Part shown: positions 14,098-26,179 of the stretch, one piece after another
How the letters are laid out: every line of letters begins with the position of its first letter
Position numbering within the stretch: the first letter of the stretch is position 1
Assembly: GCF_963921235.1 (NCBI RefSeq)
Contig: NC_086108.1
Location: 68,388,001 to 68,452,000, forward strand
From: Mobula hypostoma
Lineage: Eukaryota
Direction: 5' to 3'
Length of the DNA: 64,000 bases
Position numbers and translations under genes: made by a program
The notes under the pieces: model-generated
What the model was told of the DNA's origin: nothing
The model's input: the letters and a program-made list of their open reading frames with translations, nothing else
The model's database searches: none

Positions 14098-14879
14098 AAA
14101 GCATGAGTAGTAGCCTAAACTTCCATTGCAACATTCCAATGTTCAGTAGCTTTACCTTGTACTACAGTAGAAATTGAGACACTGACAATCAAGTGCAATT
14201 GTTGATTGGATTGGCCTATGTTGAAGTGGAACTGGCTGGACAGGATAGTGTTAGTTCTATGCAAAGACATCTGCAAAATTGAACCTGGACATCCCTCTGC
14301 TCCCTGTAGTTGCTCTCAGGCTTTCAGAGTGCCTTGCTTTTCATTGTGCATACATAATCTTACTGCTAAGACACCTCCATTGTCGTCTTTGTCATAGCTT
14401 GTTGCTGCAAAACTGCTACTAATCTTTAGAAAATTGAATACCATTATTTAAAATCATAGCTGCATAAATTAGATTAACAAGTTGCCAAAAGAGAAATGAA
14501 CGAAGGCAGGTTTATGGTAAAAATGCTTTGAGAACAAAGTTGGGAAGGTTGGTTGAGAACGGTGGAAATGGTTCTTTGACCATATACAAGTCAGGAGAAG
14601 AAATTGTGATTGTTAGATAAAGGGGAAGTGGATTGTGGCCAGAAGGATTCAGCATAAACCTCTGACCATCTTCAATGACCATGGCATCACCTGGCTTTGT
14701 TAGTTATGCTAGCATTCTTTCCTCTAGAGTGGTGAGTTCCTGAGATGCAATATAATCCCTCCCATTTGTTGTAGTTGCAGTGATTGTGAACTGCAGGAGA
14801 AAAGGAGTCAGCAAATACCTCAACTGAGATCTGTCTGCTACGGATGAATGTTCATAGTCTTTTTTAGAAATGGTGTGAG

Positions 14880-15310
14880 CATGAATATGAAAGCAAGATA
14901 AAAGGAGGTGGAGTAAGTCCCCTCAAGCCTGCACTGCCATCGGTCTGATCATGGCCAATTGATGCTGGCATCTTTAACTGTTCTGTCCCAGTTCCCCATA
15001 ATGCTCAATTCCTCAATCTTTCAAATGTCATCCTTAATACTTCTCTATGATCTGACCTCCTGCAACCCTAAGAGCAGAGAATTTCAGAGATTGCTTACAT
15101 TATGAGAGAAGAAATTTATTCATACCTCAGTTTTAAATGATGGTCTCCATATTTTGTAAGTCAGGTGCTCTTTGTTCATGACTTTTCACTTGTGAAAACA
15201 TCTCAACATCTGCTTTTGTCAAGTACCCTTAGGATCTTATATGTTAGTAAACTCCACGAAATACAGGCCCAAACTTTTGAAGCTCTTTTGATAGAACAAC
15301 CCAGGAATAG
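14880..15310 (-). mobile_element. Old CR1 3' fragment
   Basis: Degenerate match to the reverse complement of CR1 3' ends (gaagaaatttattcatacctcagttttaaatg). Confidence 0.55.
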
Positions 15311-15321
15311 TGATTTTCGCA

Positions 15322-16735
15322 ATCAGGTTTATCATCACTGATATACGTTGTGAAATGTGTTGTTTTGCAGCAGAGTACAATGCAGGACTTGCTATAAGTT
15401 ACAAATTGCTCGTGCAAAAGAGGAATAATGAGGTAAACAACAGGAATTCTGCAGATGCTGGAAATTCAAGCAAGACACATCAAAGTTGCTGGTGAACGCA
15501 GCAGGCTAAGCAGCATCTGTAGGAAGAGGTGCAGTCGACGTTTCAGGCCGAGACCCTTCGTCAGTCCAGATGCTGCTTGGCCTGCTGCGTTCACCAGTAT
15601 AATGAGGTAAAGTTCATTGACCATTCAGAATTCTGATGGCACAGCATAAAAAGCTGTTCATAAAATGTTGAGTGAGGGTCTTCATGTTCCTGTACCACCT
15701 CCTCAATGGTAGTAATAAGAATATGGCATGTACTGGATGGTGAAAATCCTCAATGACAGATCCCGTTTTCTTGAGGCATGACTTTTTAAAGATGTCTCTG
15801 TGGTGAGGAGGCTAGTGTCCATGATGGAGCTGGCTGCCTTCTTGAAGCACCATCTCTTGAAGACATCTTCGACAGAGGAGAAGATTGTGCTCATGATGGA
15901 GTCTCTGCAGCCTCTTTCCATCCTGTACATCGTAATCTCCTTACCAGGCAGTGAAGGAGCCAATCAAAATGCTCTTTACTGTACTTCTCTTCTGTACCAA
16001 ATCTCTTCAAACCCCTAACAAAGTAAAGCCGCCAGTGTGCCTTCCTTGTGGTTGCAGCAATGTATTAGGCCCAGAATGGATCCTCTGAGATTTTGGCACA
16101 CAGAAGCTTGACGCTGCTCCCCCTTTCCACTTTTAACCCCTCATTGAGTACTGGTTATATGCTTTCCCGATTTCTTCCTCTTGCTGAGGTCCTCAGTCAT
16201 GTCCTTTGTCTTGCTGATATTGAGTGCGAAGTTGTTACTGAGCTACCACTCAACCAGCCAATTTATCTCACTCCTTTATACCTCCTTGTCGCCATCTGAG
16301 ATTCTGGCAACAACAGTGGTGGCACTGCCAAATTTATAGGTTGCATTTGAGTTGTGCCTACCCACAATGTCATGAGTGTAGGGAGCTTAGAGCAGTGGGC
16401 TGAGCATATCCTTGAGGTGTGGCAATGTTGATTGTCAATGAGGAGATGTTATTTGTAATCCACACTGACTCTGATCTCCCCGGGATCCAGTTTCAGAGGG
16501 AGGTACCAGGGCCCAGGTTTTGAAGCTTGTTGATTAGCAATGTGGAGATGATGGTGTTGAACACTGAGTTGTAATTGATCAACAGCAGCCTACAGATGTT
16601 TTGCTGATGTCAAAGCCAAGTGAAGAACCAGTGAGGTTGCAGTTGCAGTAGGTCCAAGTCCTTGGTCAGGCACATGTTAGTTGCAGCCATGACTAACCTC
16701 TCAAATCATCTTATCACAGTGAATGTGAGTGCTAT
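15322..16735 (-). mobile_element. Rex/Babar-type LINE RT and 3' fragment containing a Penelope-repeat insertion (15437-15597)
   Basis: Minus ORF FKRWCFKKAASSIMD; KFGSATTVVARIS (degenerate KFADDTTVVG); aatgaggtaaa occurs on both sides of the insertion. Confidence 0.7.
15532..15564 (-). ncRNA. Penelope-associated minimal hammerhead-ribozyme-like motif (best-preserved copy)
   Basis: Minus strand CTGACGA-AGGGTCTCGGCCT-GAAAC-GTCGAC-TG: CUGANGA and GAAA core boxes around a short stem II, then a palindromic GTCGAC. Confidence 0.55.
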
Positions 16736-17571
16736 CTTTGAACTGCCTCCAATATTTTCCTTGTTACGTTATGGTTCCAAAACTATGCACAGTATTCCAG
16801 GTGTGGCCTTACAAATGCCCTGTGCAACTGTGTCAAAATCAACCAATTTTTAAATACTAACTCCCTTGTAAAAATGGCCAATATGCCATATGTCTTCTCT
16901 ACTGCTTGTTAGAGCTGCCTAATAACATTTTATGATTCATACATTGAACACCTAAATCCCTTTGAACTTTATTCATTTGCAATTTCTTTCCATTATACTA
17001 ACATTATGTGTTTTGATTCTTCATACCAAAATGTTTTAACCTCACACTTTCCTTACATTAATTCCAATTGTCAAGTTTTTTGCCTGCTCACTGAACCTAT
17101 TTATATTCCATTGCAAAATCATAATGTCCTCAGAATAATATGCCCTTCCACCTTTTTTTCAAATTATTGGCAAAGTTGTAAACCTTAAATTTTTTTCCCT
17201 TTTCTAGACCATTTATATGAATAGTAAACAATTGAGAGCCATGAACCCCGGGTTTACACCACAGGTTAGATCTGTTCAGCAATCAAAAGGCATATTACTA
17301 TCTTAATAGAAGGAAACTGCAAAGAAATAAGATCAAAGGAATCTAGGTGTTATAGTGCATGAATTTATTCCAAGTCTTTATTTTTTATGGGACAGGTAAT
17401 TTTCAGTCCACACTTCCTTCGATACTTTGCACTCTAATTTTATTTATTAGTTATATACATTTGAAAAGCTTGCGAAATTCACAAGCTCCCCTCTGTCAAC
17501 TTCCCTTGTCACATCATCAAAGAATTGAGCAAATTTGTCAAAAGTCATTTACCTTGTATAAAACCACAGAT

Positions 17572-19640
17572 AGATAGGTACTTTATTGATCTCAAAGGAA
17601 ATTACAGTCTCACAGTAGCATTACAAGTGCACAGATATATAAATATTAGAAGAGAACTAAGAAAGAATAAAAACAACATTAAAAATAAGATGTACAAGAT
17701 TTACAAGTCAAAGATTACAAGATTTACAAGTTCACACTGATGAGATGGTAGTGGAGGAATTCCTGTAATATTATACAGTAATGGGTGCACATTCACACCG
17801 TCCAGATAAGGAGTGATGGTGGTGTTGCACAGGGGGTCCACAATAGCAGAGCGTGACAAACAGAGGTTAATAACAGTCTAACAGGAGAGGGTCATCACTT
17901 CCCCGGCTATAGGTTGACTCATAGAGCCTAATGACCGAGGGTAAGAATGACCTCATATAGGGCTCTTTGGAGCAGCACAGTTGGTTTAGTCTATAACTGA
18001 AAGTGCTCCTCTGTTCAGCCAAGGTGGCATGCAGAGGGTGAGAAATATTTTCCAGGTTGCCAGGATTTTCCAGAGGGTCCTTTGTTCTACCACAATCTCC
18101 AGTATGTCCAGTTTGACTCTTATAACAGAGCCAGCCTTTCTAATCAGTTTATTGAGCCTGTTGGCATCACCCATGTTGATGCCATTACCCCAGCACGCCA
18201 CTATATAGAGCATTGTACTGGCGACAACAGACTGGTAGAACATGTAAAGGAGAGGCCTGCGTACAAAGGGCCTCAGTCTCCTCAGGAAGTAGAGTGACTC
18301 GGCTCCTTCTTGTACACAGCCTCTGTGTTGGTACTGCACTCAAGTCTGTCGTCCAGGTTCACCCCCAGGTGCTTTGCAGGTCTTCACCACATCCACGTCC
18401 TCACCATCAATAGTAACAAGGAGCAGTGCAGGCTTGGTCTTCCTAAAGTCCATCATCATCTCCTTTGTCTTACTGATGTTGAGCTGCAGATGATTCAGCT
18501 TGTACCATTCGACAAAGTCCTCCACCAGGGCCCTGTGTTCATTCTCCTGTCCTCCCTTTCTTCACCCAGCTATTGCTGAGTCATCAGAGAATTTCTGCAT
18601 ATGACATGACTCCATGTTGTATCTAAAGTCTGAAGTATACAGGGCAAACAGGAAGAGAGCCAATACGGTGCCCAGTGGGGCACCAGTGTTACTTATAGCC
18701 ATGGCAGACACACAGCTCTGAAGCTACACAAACTGTGGTATGCTAGTCAGATAATCCATTATCCAGGATACACTGGAAGTGCCAGCCTGTATTGACTGGA
18801 ATATTTCCCCCAGCAAAGAGGGTTGTATGGTATCAAAGGCACTAGAAAAATTTTAAAAAAGCATAATGCTCTGAGTGCTTCCCTGCCTATACAAATGTGA
18901 GTAGGCTCTGGTCAGCAGGTAGATGATACCATCTTTGACTACAGTGTGCTCCTGGTAGGCAAACTGCAGAGGTCAGAGACGAGCCAGGATCAGCCTCTCT
19001 AGGGTCTTCATGACGTGTGGACAAAAGTCATTCAAGACTTTTGGTCGGCCGTTCTTGGGTACTGCGACCACATGTGATATTTCCCACACAGGACCCTTTC
19101 CAGGCTTGAGACTCAGATTGAAAGTGTGCGGGAGAACTCCACACAACTGCTCAGCACACTGCTTCTAGCTCCTTGCAGTTCAGACTATCCAGTCCCAATG
19201 CTTCGCCATGTCTGAGTTTCCCCAGAGCCCTTCTCACCTGCTCAGTTATGAAGATGAGTCCACAAAGACTTGGGAGTTGGTGGCAGGTGGGATCTAGGGG
19301 AGGTGAAGAGCAGTTCATATATAGAGGTGTGGATGGTAGGTGCAGGGGAAGGAAAGGGTGTAGACAGTGGTAGCCTATGTTGTTTGTCCACGAGTTGAAC
19401 TGCACGAGGGAGGAGAGGAGATGTTGTTGCTGAGGGACCATTGGGTGTCTCAGCAGCTGCGGTGTGTAAACAGGAGGGAAGTTTTCAAACTTTGAAAAAT
19501 TGGTTTAACTGATTAGCCCATTCACGGCTTCATTCCAAGGCTCTGCAGCCAGGCAATTGAAGCCAGTGATGTTCCTCATGCCTCTCCACACCTCCCGTGT
19601 GCTACCCTGCTCAAGCTGGTTCTCTATCTCTCTCCTGTAT
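17572..19640 (-). mobile_element. Rex1-type LINE, RT region, degenerate
   Basis: Minus strand GAPLGTVLALFLFALYTSDFRYNMESCHMQKFSDDSAI, LNHLQLNISKTKEMMMDFRK, LYFLRRLRPF, FYQSVVAS; (tatc)n-type tail at 17572. Confidence 0.85.
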
Positions 19641-20689
19641 TCCTCCTTGCTGTCAAGGTTTGATGATACCCAGCTTTACTACATGACAAGTTATTTTCTC
19701 TTTGATTATGAACTAAAATCTTGTGAACAATCAGTATTATATTAACTGCCCTGTAGTTCACCCCATCTATCTTCATTTTTGAACAAGGAGTCATTTTGGC
19801 TATTTTCCACGTTGGTTGGTTAATGTATGAGAGCAATAGGGAACATATAAAGGACAATGAATTATTTTAGTGTTGGATGAATGATGGGAATTTACTGCAT
19901 TGAGGAGTGGATGACAGTAATTTTGCATTTGGAGAAACAGAGATGAAGAGCATTACTAAATATGACCATTCATTACTTAGATATACCTGTAAGTGTGCAC
20001 CAGCTCCAGAGTTAGACTCTGTCATTGACTTGCGTTGCAAAGTCCTCTCATTGACACTTAACAATAAGCCTAAAGGTCTCTTCATAAACGCACCAGTTCT
20101 CAAAACCCTACAAAAATGACAGCTTTCTTCCTTTCCACCTTGTTGACCTTTGCCTGAAGTATTAACTTGGAAAAACCAGGCTTGCAGTGTTGCCATGTAC
20201 CTGGCTGCCTGACGTCTGGAGTCACAAACCACCTTGTTCAAAACAAAAACACAGCCTTAGAGGGATGGTTATTGCTGGTTAGTTCCATTTTTTTGTTGGC
20301 TAATCCTAAATTGAGGAATGGTTATCAAAGCTAAAACCAGCAACAACCGATCATGCCAGATTACTGTGCTCTCTGTAGATTACTTAAGGCCCATTCATTT
20401 TAAGGGCAGTCATTCCACATGTGAGTGAAAAGGAAAGCACAGATAGCAATACAGACTTAATTACTAAGGTAGTTGTAAATGTTATTTGTTTTACTGTATA
20501 GCTTCTAATTAGTTTAATATGTTCAATTTTGTTTTACATTTTCTTTTAATAGTCTTTCAATCAATTTTGATAGTTTTTAATCTGAAACATTTATAAACAG
20601 TGACTGTCACGTTATTTAATGCAAGCTGTCAAAACAATCAGGGTGGCCCTGTGGAGGGCTTGGAGATTTTGAGGTCACTGCCTGCCTGA

Positions 20690-21256
20690 GGCCTCCATCG
20701 GTCAGAGTTGATCATGGATGTTGTGCCCTGGCTGTATAGATATGCAAGCCTGGGCAGTACAATATGGAGAGCAAGCTGTTGCCATGTAGTAAGCTCCCCC
20801 TTTCCACATACTTGATGAACCCAAAGGAACGGCAGAGTCCGATACAGTTTGGTACAAGCAACGTTACAGGAGTTGCCAGTCAACATTGAACTGAATGTAG
20901 GACTAACTTAGGGACTGGAGCTCCAGATTGTTCCCTCGGGGTTTACTCCTGAAACGTTCCCCGTTAGTGGGTGTAGCCACAAGGTAGCAGAAGTTTGAGA
21001 TCATAGTTTTCCTTCTAGATGAGCTGCTAACCACTGCTGATGAGCCCCATCTGCCCAAAGTGACTGGTTGTAAGGTGCCAGTAACCTGCCTTTGCACCTT
21101 GTCCTGTCAGTAGGAATGGTTCTGCTGGGCTTAACAGCTAAGCCACATGTGAAGGCCAGGTGCTGGAGTTGGTTATTTGAGATGCACACCACTGGGAGCA
21201 CTTAATGGGTAGTGGGAGCTTGTTCCATTACCAGCCCGGCTATAACAACCTTAAGG
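20690..21256. repeat. Unclassified ~570-bp interspersed repeat, copy 1
   Basis: Colinear with 40185-40764 from cctccat..tcag.gttga.catggatgttg to acaaccttaagg. Confidence 0.75.
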
Positions 21257-21404
21257 TTACAGCCAACCATCCACGACAAAAAACTAGTGTGACCTGAGGA
21301 ATGAGTGAGGGTGTTAGGATGGATCAAAAGCAGCCCAGTCAAATACATATGAAATCATGTTCAAAATGAACACATCTTCAGTCAGGGGCACCGCCTTGCA
21401 ATCC

Positions 21405-21588
21405 CTCGATTTAATCTGAGCCTAATCACGGGACAATTTACAATGACCAATTAATCTACCAACGAGTATGTCGTTGGACTGTGGGAGGAAACTGGAGCAC
21501 CCAGAGGAAACCCACGCGGTCACGGGGAAAACATTCAAACTCCTTACAGGCAGCATCAGGAATTGAACCCAGGTCACCATGCCGCCCC
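21405..21588 (-). mobile_element. V-SINE-like fragment
   Basis: Same core as 9306-9609 (gggtttcctctgggtgctccagtttcctcccacagtccaa) with B-box GGGTTCAATTCC. Confidence 0.7.
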
Positions 21589-22677
21589 ACTACAATGTGC
21601 TAAAGGTAGTGGATTCGGCCCAGTACATCACGGATAAAGCCCTCTCAGCCCTTGAGCACATCTACATGAAATACTATCTTAGGAAAGCAGCATTCATCAT
21701 CGGAGATCCCCACTACCCACGTCATGCTTTCTTCTCACTGCTGCCATCCAATTGAAGATACAAGAGCCTCAAGACTCTCATTACCAGGTTCAAGAATAGT
21801 TACTACCCTTTAACCATCAGGCACTTGAATAAAAAAGGATAACTACCCTCACCTTCACTTGCCCATCATTGAAGTGTTCCCACAACCAATGATCTGACTT
21901 TGAGGACTCTTTATCTCATGTTCTCAGTATTTATTGCTATTTATTTAGGTTCAATGGGTACAATTAATGTCAGAGAAATAGAAACAATATACATCCTGAA
22001 ATTCTTTTTCTTCGCAAGCATCCACAAAAACCGAGGAGCGCCCCAAAGAATGAATGGCAATTAAGGTTAGAACCCCAAAGCCCCCTCTCAGCTCCCCCTC
22101 CCAGCACAAGCAGCAGCAAGGCAGTGACCCCCCCCACCCCCACCAGCAAAAAAGCATCAGCACTCTCCACCAAATACTCAAGCCTGCAGCAAAGCATCAG
22201 TAAAGACATAGACTTGCAGTACCCCAAGACTACTAGTTCACCCGGTAATTCGATATACCACAGGCTCTCTCTTTCCCTAATAAGGGAAAAAGGGGTGTCC
22301 CCGTTTCACAGCAAGAGGGGAGACATAAACAACTGGCTGATTTATGATGTTAAAAGTCTGTTGCGTCGCTTTTTCCGAGCTCTGGACCCAGAGAATCAGC
22401 CCCAGAAAGGCTCAGATCTCTGGGCACACAACCCACAGCAACTAACCCGCTGCTCCCGACGTTCCGTATTTTCCCGTGACATTTCAGTCAGGGGCACCAG
22501 CCTAGAATCTGCACATCTCCAGAGCCAGGAGAATCTGGCACCCTGAAGGCACACTAATCTTCCAGGCCACGTCCTTGGGATATCAAAGAATGGCCGGTTG
22601 TGAAGCCCTGAGAGTGGGTCCCATTCCTGCTAAGAACAGAAGTCAGAGTGTAACTCCAGGCCAGGGTCTTCAAAAGA

Positions 22678-24986
22678 TTAGATTAGGTTATGAGGACACT
22701 CAGTCCTCATTTATTGTCATTTAGAAATGCCTGCATTAAAAAATGATACAATGTTCCTCCAGAAAGATATCACAGAAACACAGGACAAACCAAGACTAAG
22801 ACTGACAAAACCACATAATTATAACATATAGTTACAACAATGCAAAGCAATACCGTAATTTGATAAAGAGCAGACCATGGGCACGGTAAAAAATAAGTCT
22901 CAAGTCCCGATAGCCCCATCATTTCACGCAGACGGTAGAAGGGAGAAACTCCCTCTGCCATGAACTTCCAAGCGCCGCAAACTTGCTAATGCATTGGAAG
23001 CACTAGACCACAGCCGACTCTGAGTCTGTCCGAAAACTTCGAGCTTCCGACCAGCCCTCTGACACCGAGCACCATCTTCTGTCAAGCACTTCGACCCCGC
23101 CCCAGCCGCCAAGCAACAAAGCCGAGGACTCGGGGCCTTCCCCTCCAGAGATTCTTTATCACACAGTAGCAGCGGCAGCGGATCAGGCATTTCGGAAGTT
23201 TCACCAGATATTCCTCTGTGCTCTCACGTCTGTCTCCATCAAATCAGGATTGTGCACGGCACCCTACTTGACAGATGATGGTGACAACAATATGAGTGAG
23301 GTTGATGTTCTGGAGTATGTTGATATTAAGGGAGAGGAGGTGTTGGAGTTGTTAAAATACATTAGGACGGATAAGTCCCCAGGGCCTGACGGAATATTCC
23401 CCAGGCTGCTCCACGAGGCAAGAGAAGAGATTGCTGAGCCTCTGGCTAGGATCTTTATGTCCTCATTGTCCACGGGAATGGTACCGGAGGATTGGAGGGA
23501 GGCGAATGCTGCCCCCTTGTTCAAAAAAGGAAGTAGGGATAGTCCGGGTAATTATAGACCAGTGAGTCTTACGTCTGTGGTGGGAAAGCTGTTGGAAAAG
23601 ATTCTTAGAGATAGGATCTCTGGGCACTTAAAGAATCATGATCTGATCAGGGACAGTCAGCATGGCTTTGTGAAGGGCAGATCGTGTCTAACAAGCCTGA
23701 TAGAGTTCTTTGAAGAGGTGACCAGGCATATAGATGAGGGTAGTGCAGTGGATGTGATCTACATGGATATTAGTAAGGCATTTGACAAGGTTCCACATGG
23801 TAGGCTTATTCAGAAAGTCAGAAGGCATGGGATCCAGGGAAGTTTGGCCAGGTGGATTCAGAATTGGCTTGCCTGCAGAAGGCAGAGGGTCGTGGTGGAG
23901 GGAGTACATTCAGATTGGAGGATTGTGACTAGTGGTGACCCACAAGGATCTGTTCTGAGACCTCTACTTTTCGTGATTTTTATTAATGACCTGGATGTGG
24001 GGGTAGAAGGGTGGGTTGGCAAGTTTGCAGATGACACAAAGGTTGGTGGTGTTGTAGATAGTGTAGAGGATTGTCGAAGATTGCAGAGAGACATTGATAG
24101 GATGCAGAAGTGGGCTGAGAAATGGCAGATGGAGTTCAACCCGGAGAAGTGTGAGGTGGTACACTTTGGAAGGACAAACCCCAAGGCAGAGTACAAAGTA
24201 AATGGCAGGATACTTGATAGTGTGGAGGAGCAGAGGGATCTGGCGGTACATGTCCACAGATCCCTGAACGTTGCCTCACAGGTGGATAGGGTAGTTAAGA
24301 AAGCTTATGGGGTGTTAGCTTTCATAAGTCGAGGGATAGAGTTTAAGAGTCGCGATGTAATGATGCAGCTCTATAGAAGTCTGGTTAGGCCACACTTGGA
24401 GTACTGTGTCCAGTTCTGGTTGCCTCACTATAGGAAGGATGTGAAAGCATTGAAAAGGGTACAGAGGAGATTTACCAGGATGCTGCCTGGTTTAGAGAGT
24501 ATGCATTATGATCAGAGATTAAGGGAGCTAGGGCTTTACTCTTTGGAGAGAAGGAGGATGAGAGGAGACATGATAGAGGTGTACAAGATAATAAGAGGAA
24601 TAGATAGAGTGGATAGCCAGCACCTCTTCACCAGGGCACCACTGCTCAATACAAGAGGACATGGCTTTAAGATAAGGGGTGGGAAGTTCAAGGGGGGTAT
24701 TAGAGGAAGGTTTTTTTACTCAGAGAGTGGCTGGTGCATGGAATGCACTGCCTGAGTCAGTGGTGGAGGCAGATACACTAGTGAAGTTTAAGAGACTACT
24801 AGACAGGTATATGGAGGAATTTAAGGTGGGGGGTTATATGGGAGGTAGGGTTTGAGGGTCGGCACAACATTGTGGGCCCAAGGGTCTGTACTGTGCTGTA
24901 CTGTTCTATGTTCTATGTTATGATAACAGATATCACCACCGGAGTGGCCGCTGTGAGCTGCATCGCGCCGCCATCTTCTCATCCTG
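22678..24986 (-). mobile_element. Non-autonomous retroelement B, nested in A and interrupted by CR1
   Basis: CAAAAGA duplication at 22671-22677 and 24987-24993; minus 5' end AAGATGGCGGCG; 3' tail gacaataaa...(taatc)n. Confidence 0.7.
23274..24918 (+). mobile_element. Young 5'-truncated CR1 LINE with an open RT domain (ORF 23250-24755)
   Basis: SPGPDGIFP, GNYRPVSLTSVVGK, SQHGFVKGRSCLT, DISKAFDKVPH, PQGSVL, KFADDTK; no endonuclease or ORF1; frameshift in the T-run near 24711-24717; ttctatg tail. Confidence 0.95.
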
Positions 24987-25532
24987 CAAAAGAAATGTCA
25001 AAGATAGAAATAGAGCTGTTTCGGAAGATGCGAGCAAAGGAGTCGCCGTTTAGAGCCATCGTAACTTTGCTCCGCCCCCTTCCTCCTTTATATTTGCATT
25101 TACACAGTTGATTGCCTTCTGCACTCTGGTTGATCTTTCATTGATCCTGTCATAGTAACTATTCTAGATTTGCTGAGTTTTCCCACAAGAAAATCTCAGG
25201 GTTGTACATGATGACATGTACGTACATTGATAATAAAATTTACTTTGTACAATGTAAATCTGCTGAGGAAGAAATAATCACATGCCATAATACCAGAAAG
25301 TTTTTGTTTACATTTATTTATTTTTGAAGAACTGGGTACTGCTGACAAGACCACTCTTTATTGTCCTTCCCTAATTGCTGTCATAAGCATCCTGTAAGTC
25401 ATCATAATAAATGCCAATCAATAATATCAGTGATACTGATATTTGCAAAAATGGAAATGGAGTAGTTAAATTCAATTAGATAGTACTTAGTTCATGCTTG
25501 AATGGTAATCATCATATAGAATTTCAGCGATA

Positions 25533-26130
25533 TGGACAGATGATGAAAGACATCCAGAGTCCAGGCCTCCACTCTGCACTCAAAGGCCAACAATGTGGAC
25601 ATGGGATGAAAGACATCCGGAGTCCAGGCCTCTGCTCCACACTTTAAGGCCACTACGTGGACAGGTGACAAAGGACATCTGTGGATGTCAGACTGTTCCA
25701 GGTCAGTGAATCGCAGGATTAGATGTCACTGGGAGCAGAAGACATCAGAGACAATGTGTCGATGTACCCAGAGTTCGGATTTGGAATTCAGGGTCTTGTC
25801 ATCATCTACTCCAGGGGTCGATACTGAAGATCAAGGCTTAAAGGTCGATTGAAAGTTGAAGCCTGATATCTGAAAACTGGAGGCCTGCCCTGGAGTTGAA
25901 GCACTGTACATGTGTACGGGTGGGAGAGAGGAAAGGGACTTGTTCTTGTTGTTGTTTTGTTGCCTGTAATGAGCATTGTGTTGTATTCTTTGTTGTTCTG
26001 CCAGCATCATGGGAATGCTTTGTTTGTGCCAGAATGTGTGGTGACACTTGTAGGCTGCCCCCAGCATATCTTCGGCATAAACAGTGCATTTCACTGTATG
26101 TTTCAATGCACATTTGATAAATCTGAATCA
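25533..26130 (+). mobile_element. Non-coding element with a 62-63-bp tandem repeat at its 5' side and a LINE-type tail
   Basis: Units begin tggaca at 25533, 25596 and 25658; ends gcatttcactgtatgtttcaatgcacatttgataaatctgaatc. Confidence 0.55.
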
Positions 26131-26179
26131 TAATTTGAAACTGAATTATTTGAAAAGGACAAGTGTCATCAGGAGTGAG

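Larger units (their letters stand above)
21948..25086 (-). mobile_element. Non-autonomous retroelement A (21948-22677 plus 24994-25086)
   Basis: GC-box 5' end (GGGGGCGGAGC), no ORF, LINE-like 3' tail; TTTA at 21944-21947 and 25087-25090. Confidence 0.65.
21595..25250 (+). mobile_element. Rex/Babar-type LINE 3' end (21595-21947 plus 25087-25250) hosting three nested insertions
   Basis: KAAFIIGDPHYP.HAFFSLLPS...TRFKNSYYP on the left; continues tatttgcatttacacag...gataataaaatttactttg on the right; TTTA duplication. Confidence 0.75.

Noticed and set aside
19867..20241. 124-aa minus-strand ORF
   Set aside because: Non-ATG start, no recognisable domain, and length compatible with chance.
23250..24755. 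501-aa reverse transcriptase ORF as a host gene or a novel RT system
   Set aside because: It is a 5'-truncated CR1 ORF2. The listed start lies in the flanking element, there is no endonuclease or promoter, and the C-terminus is frameshifted.
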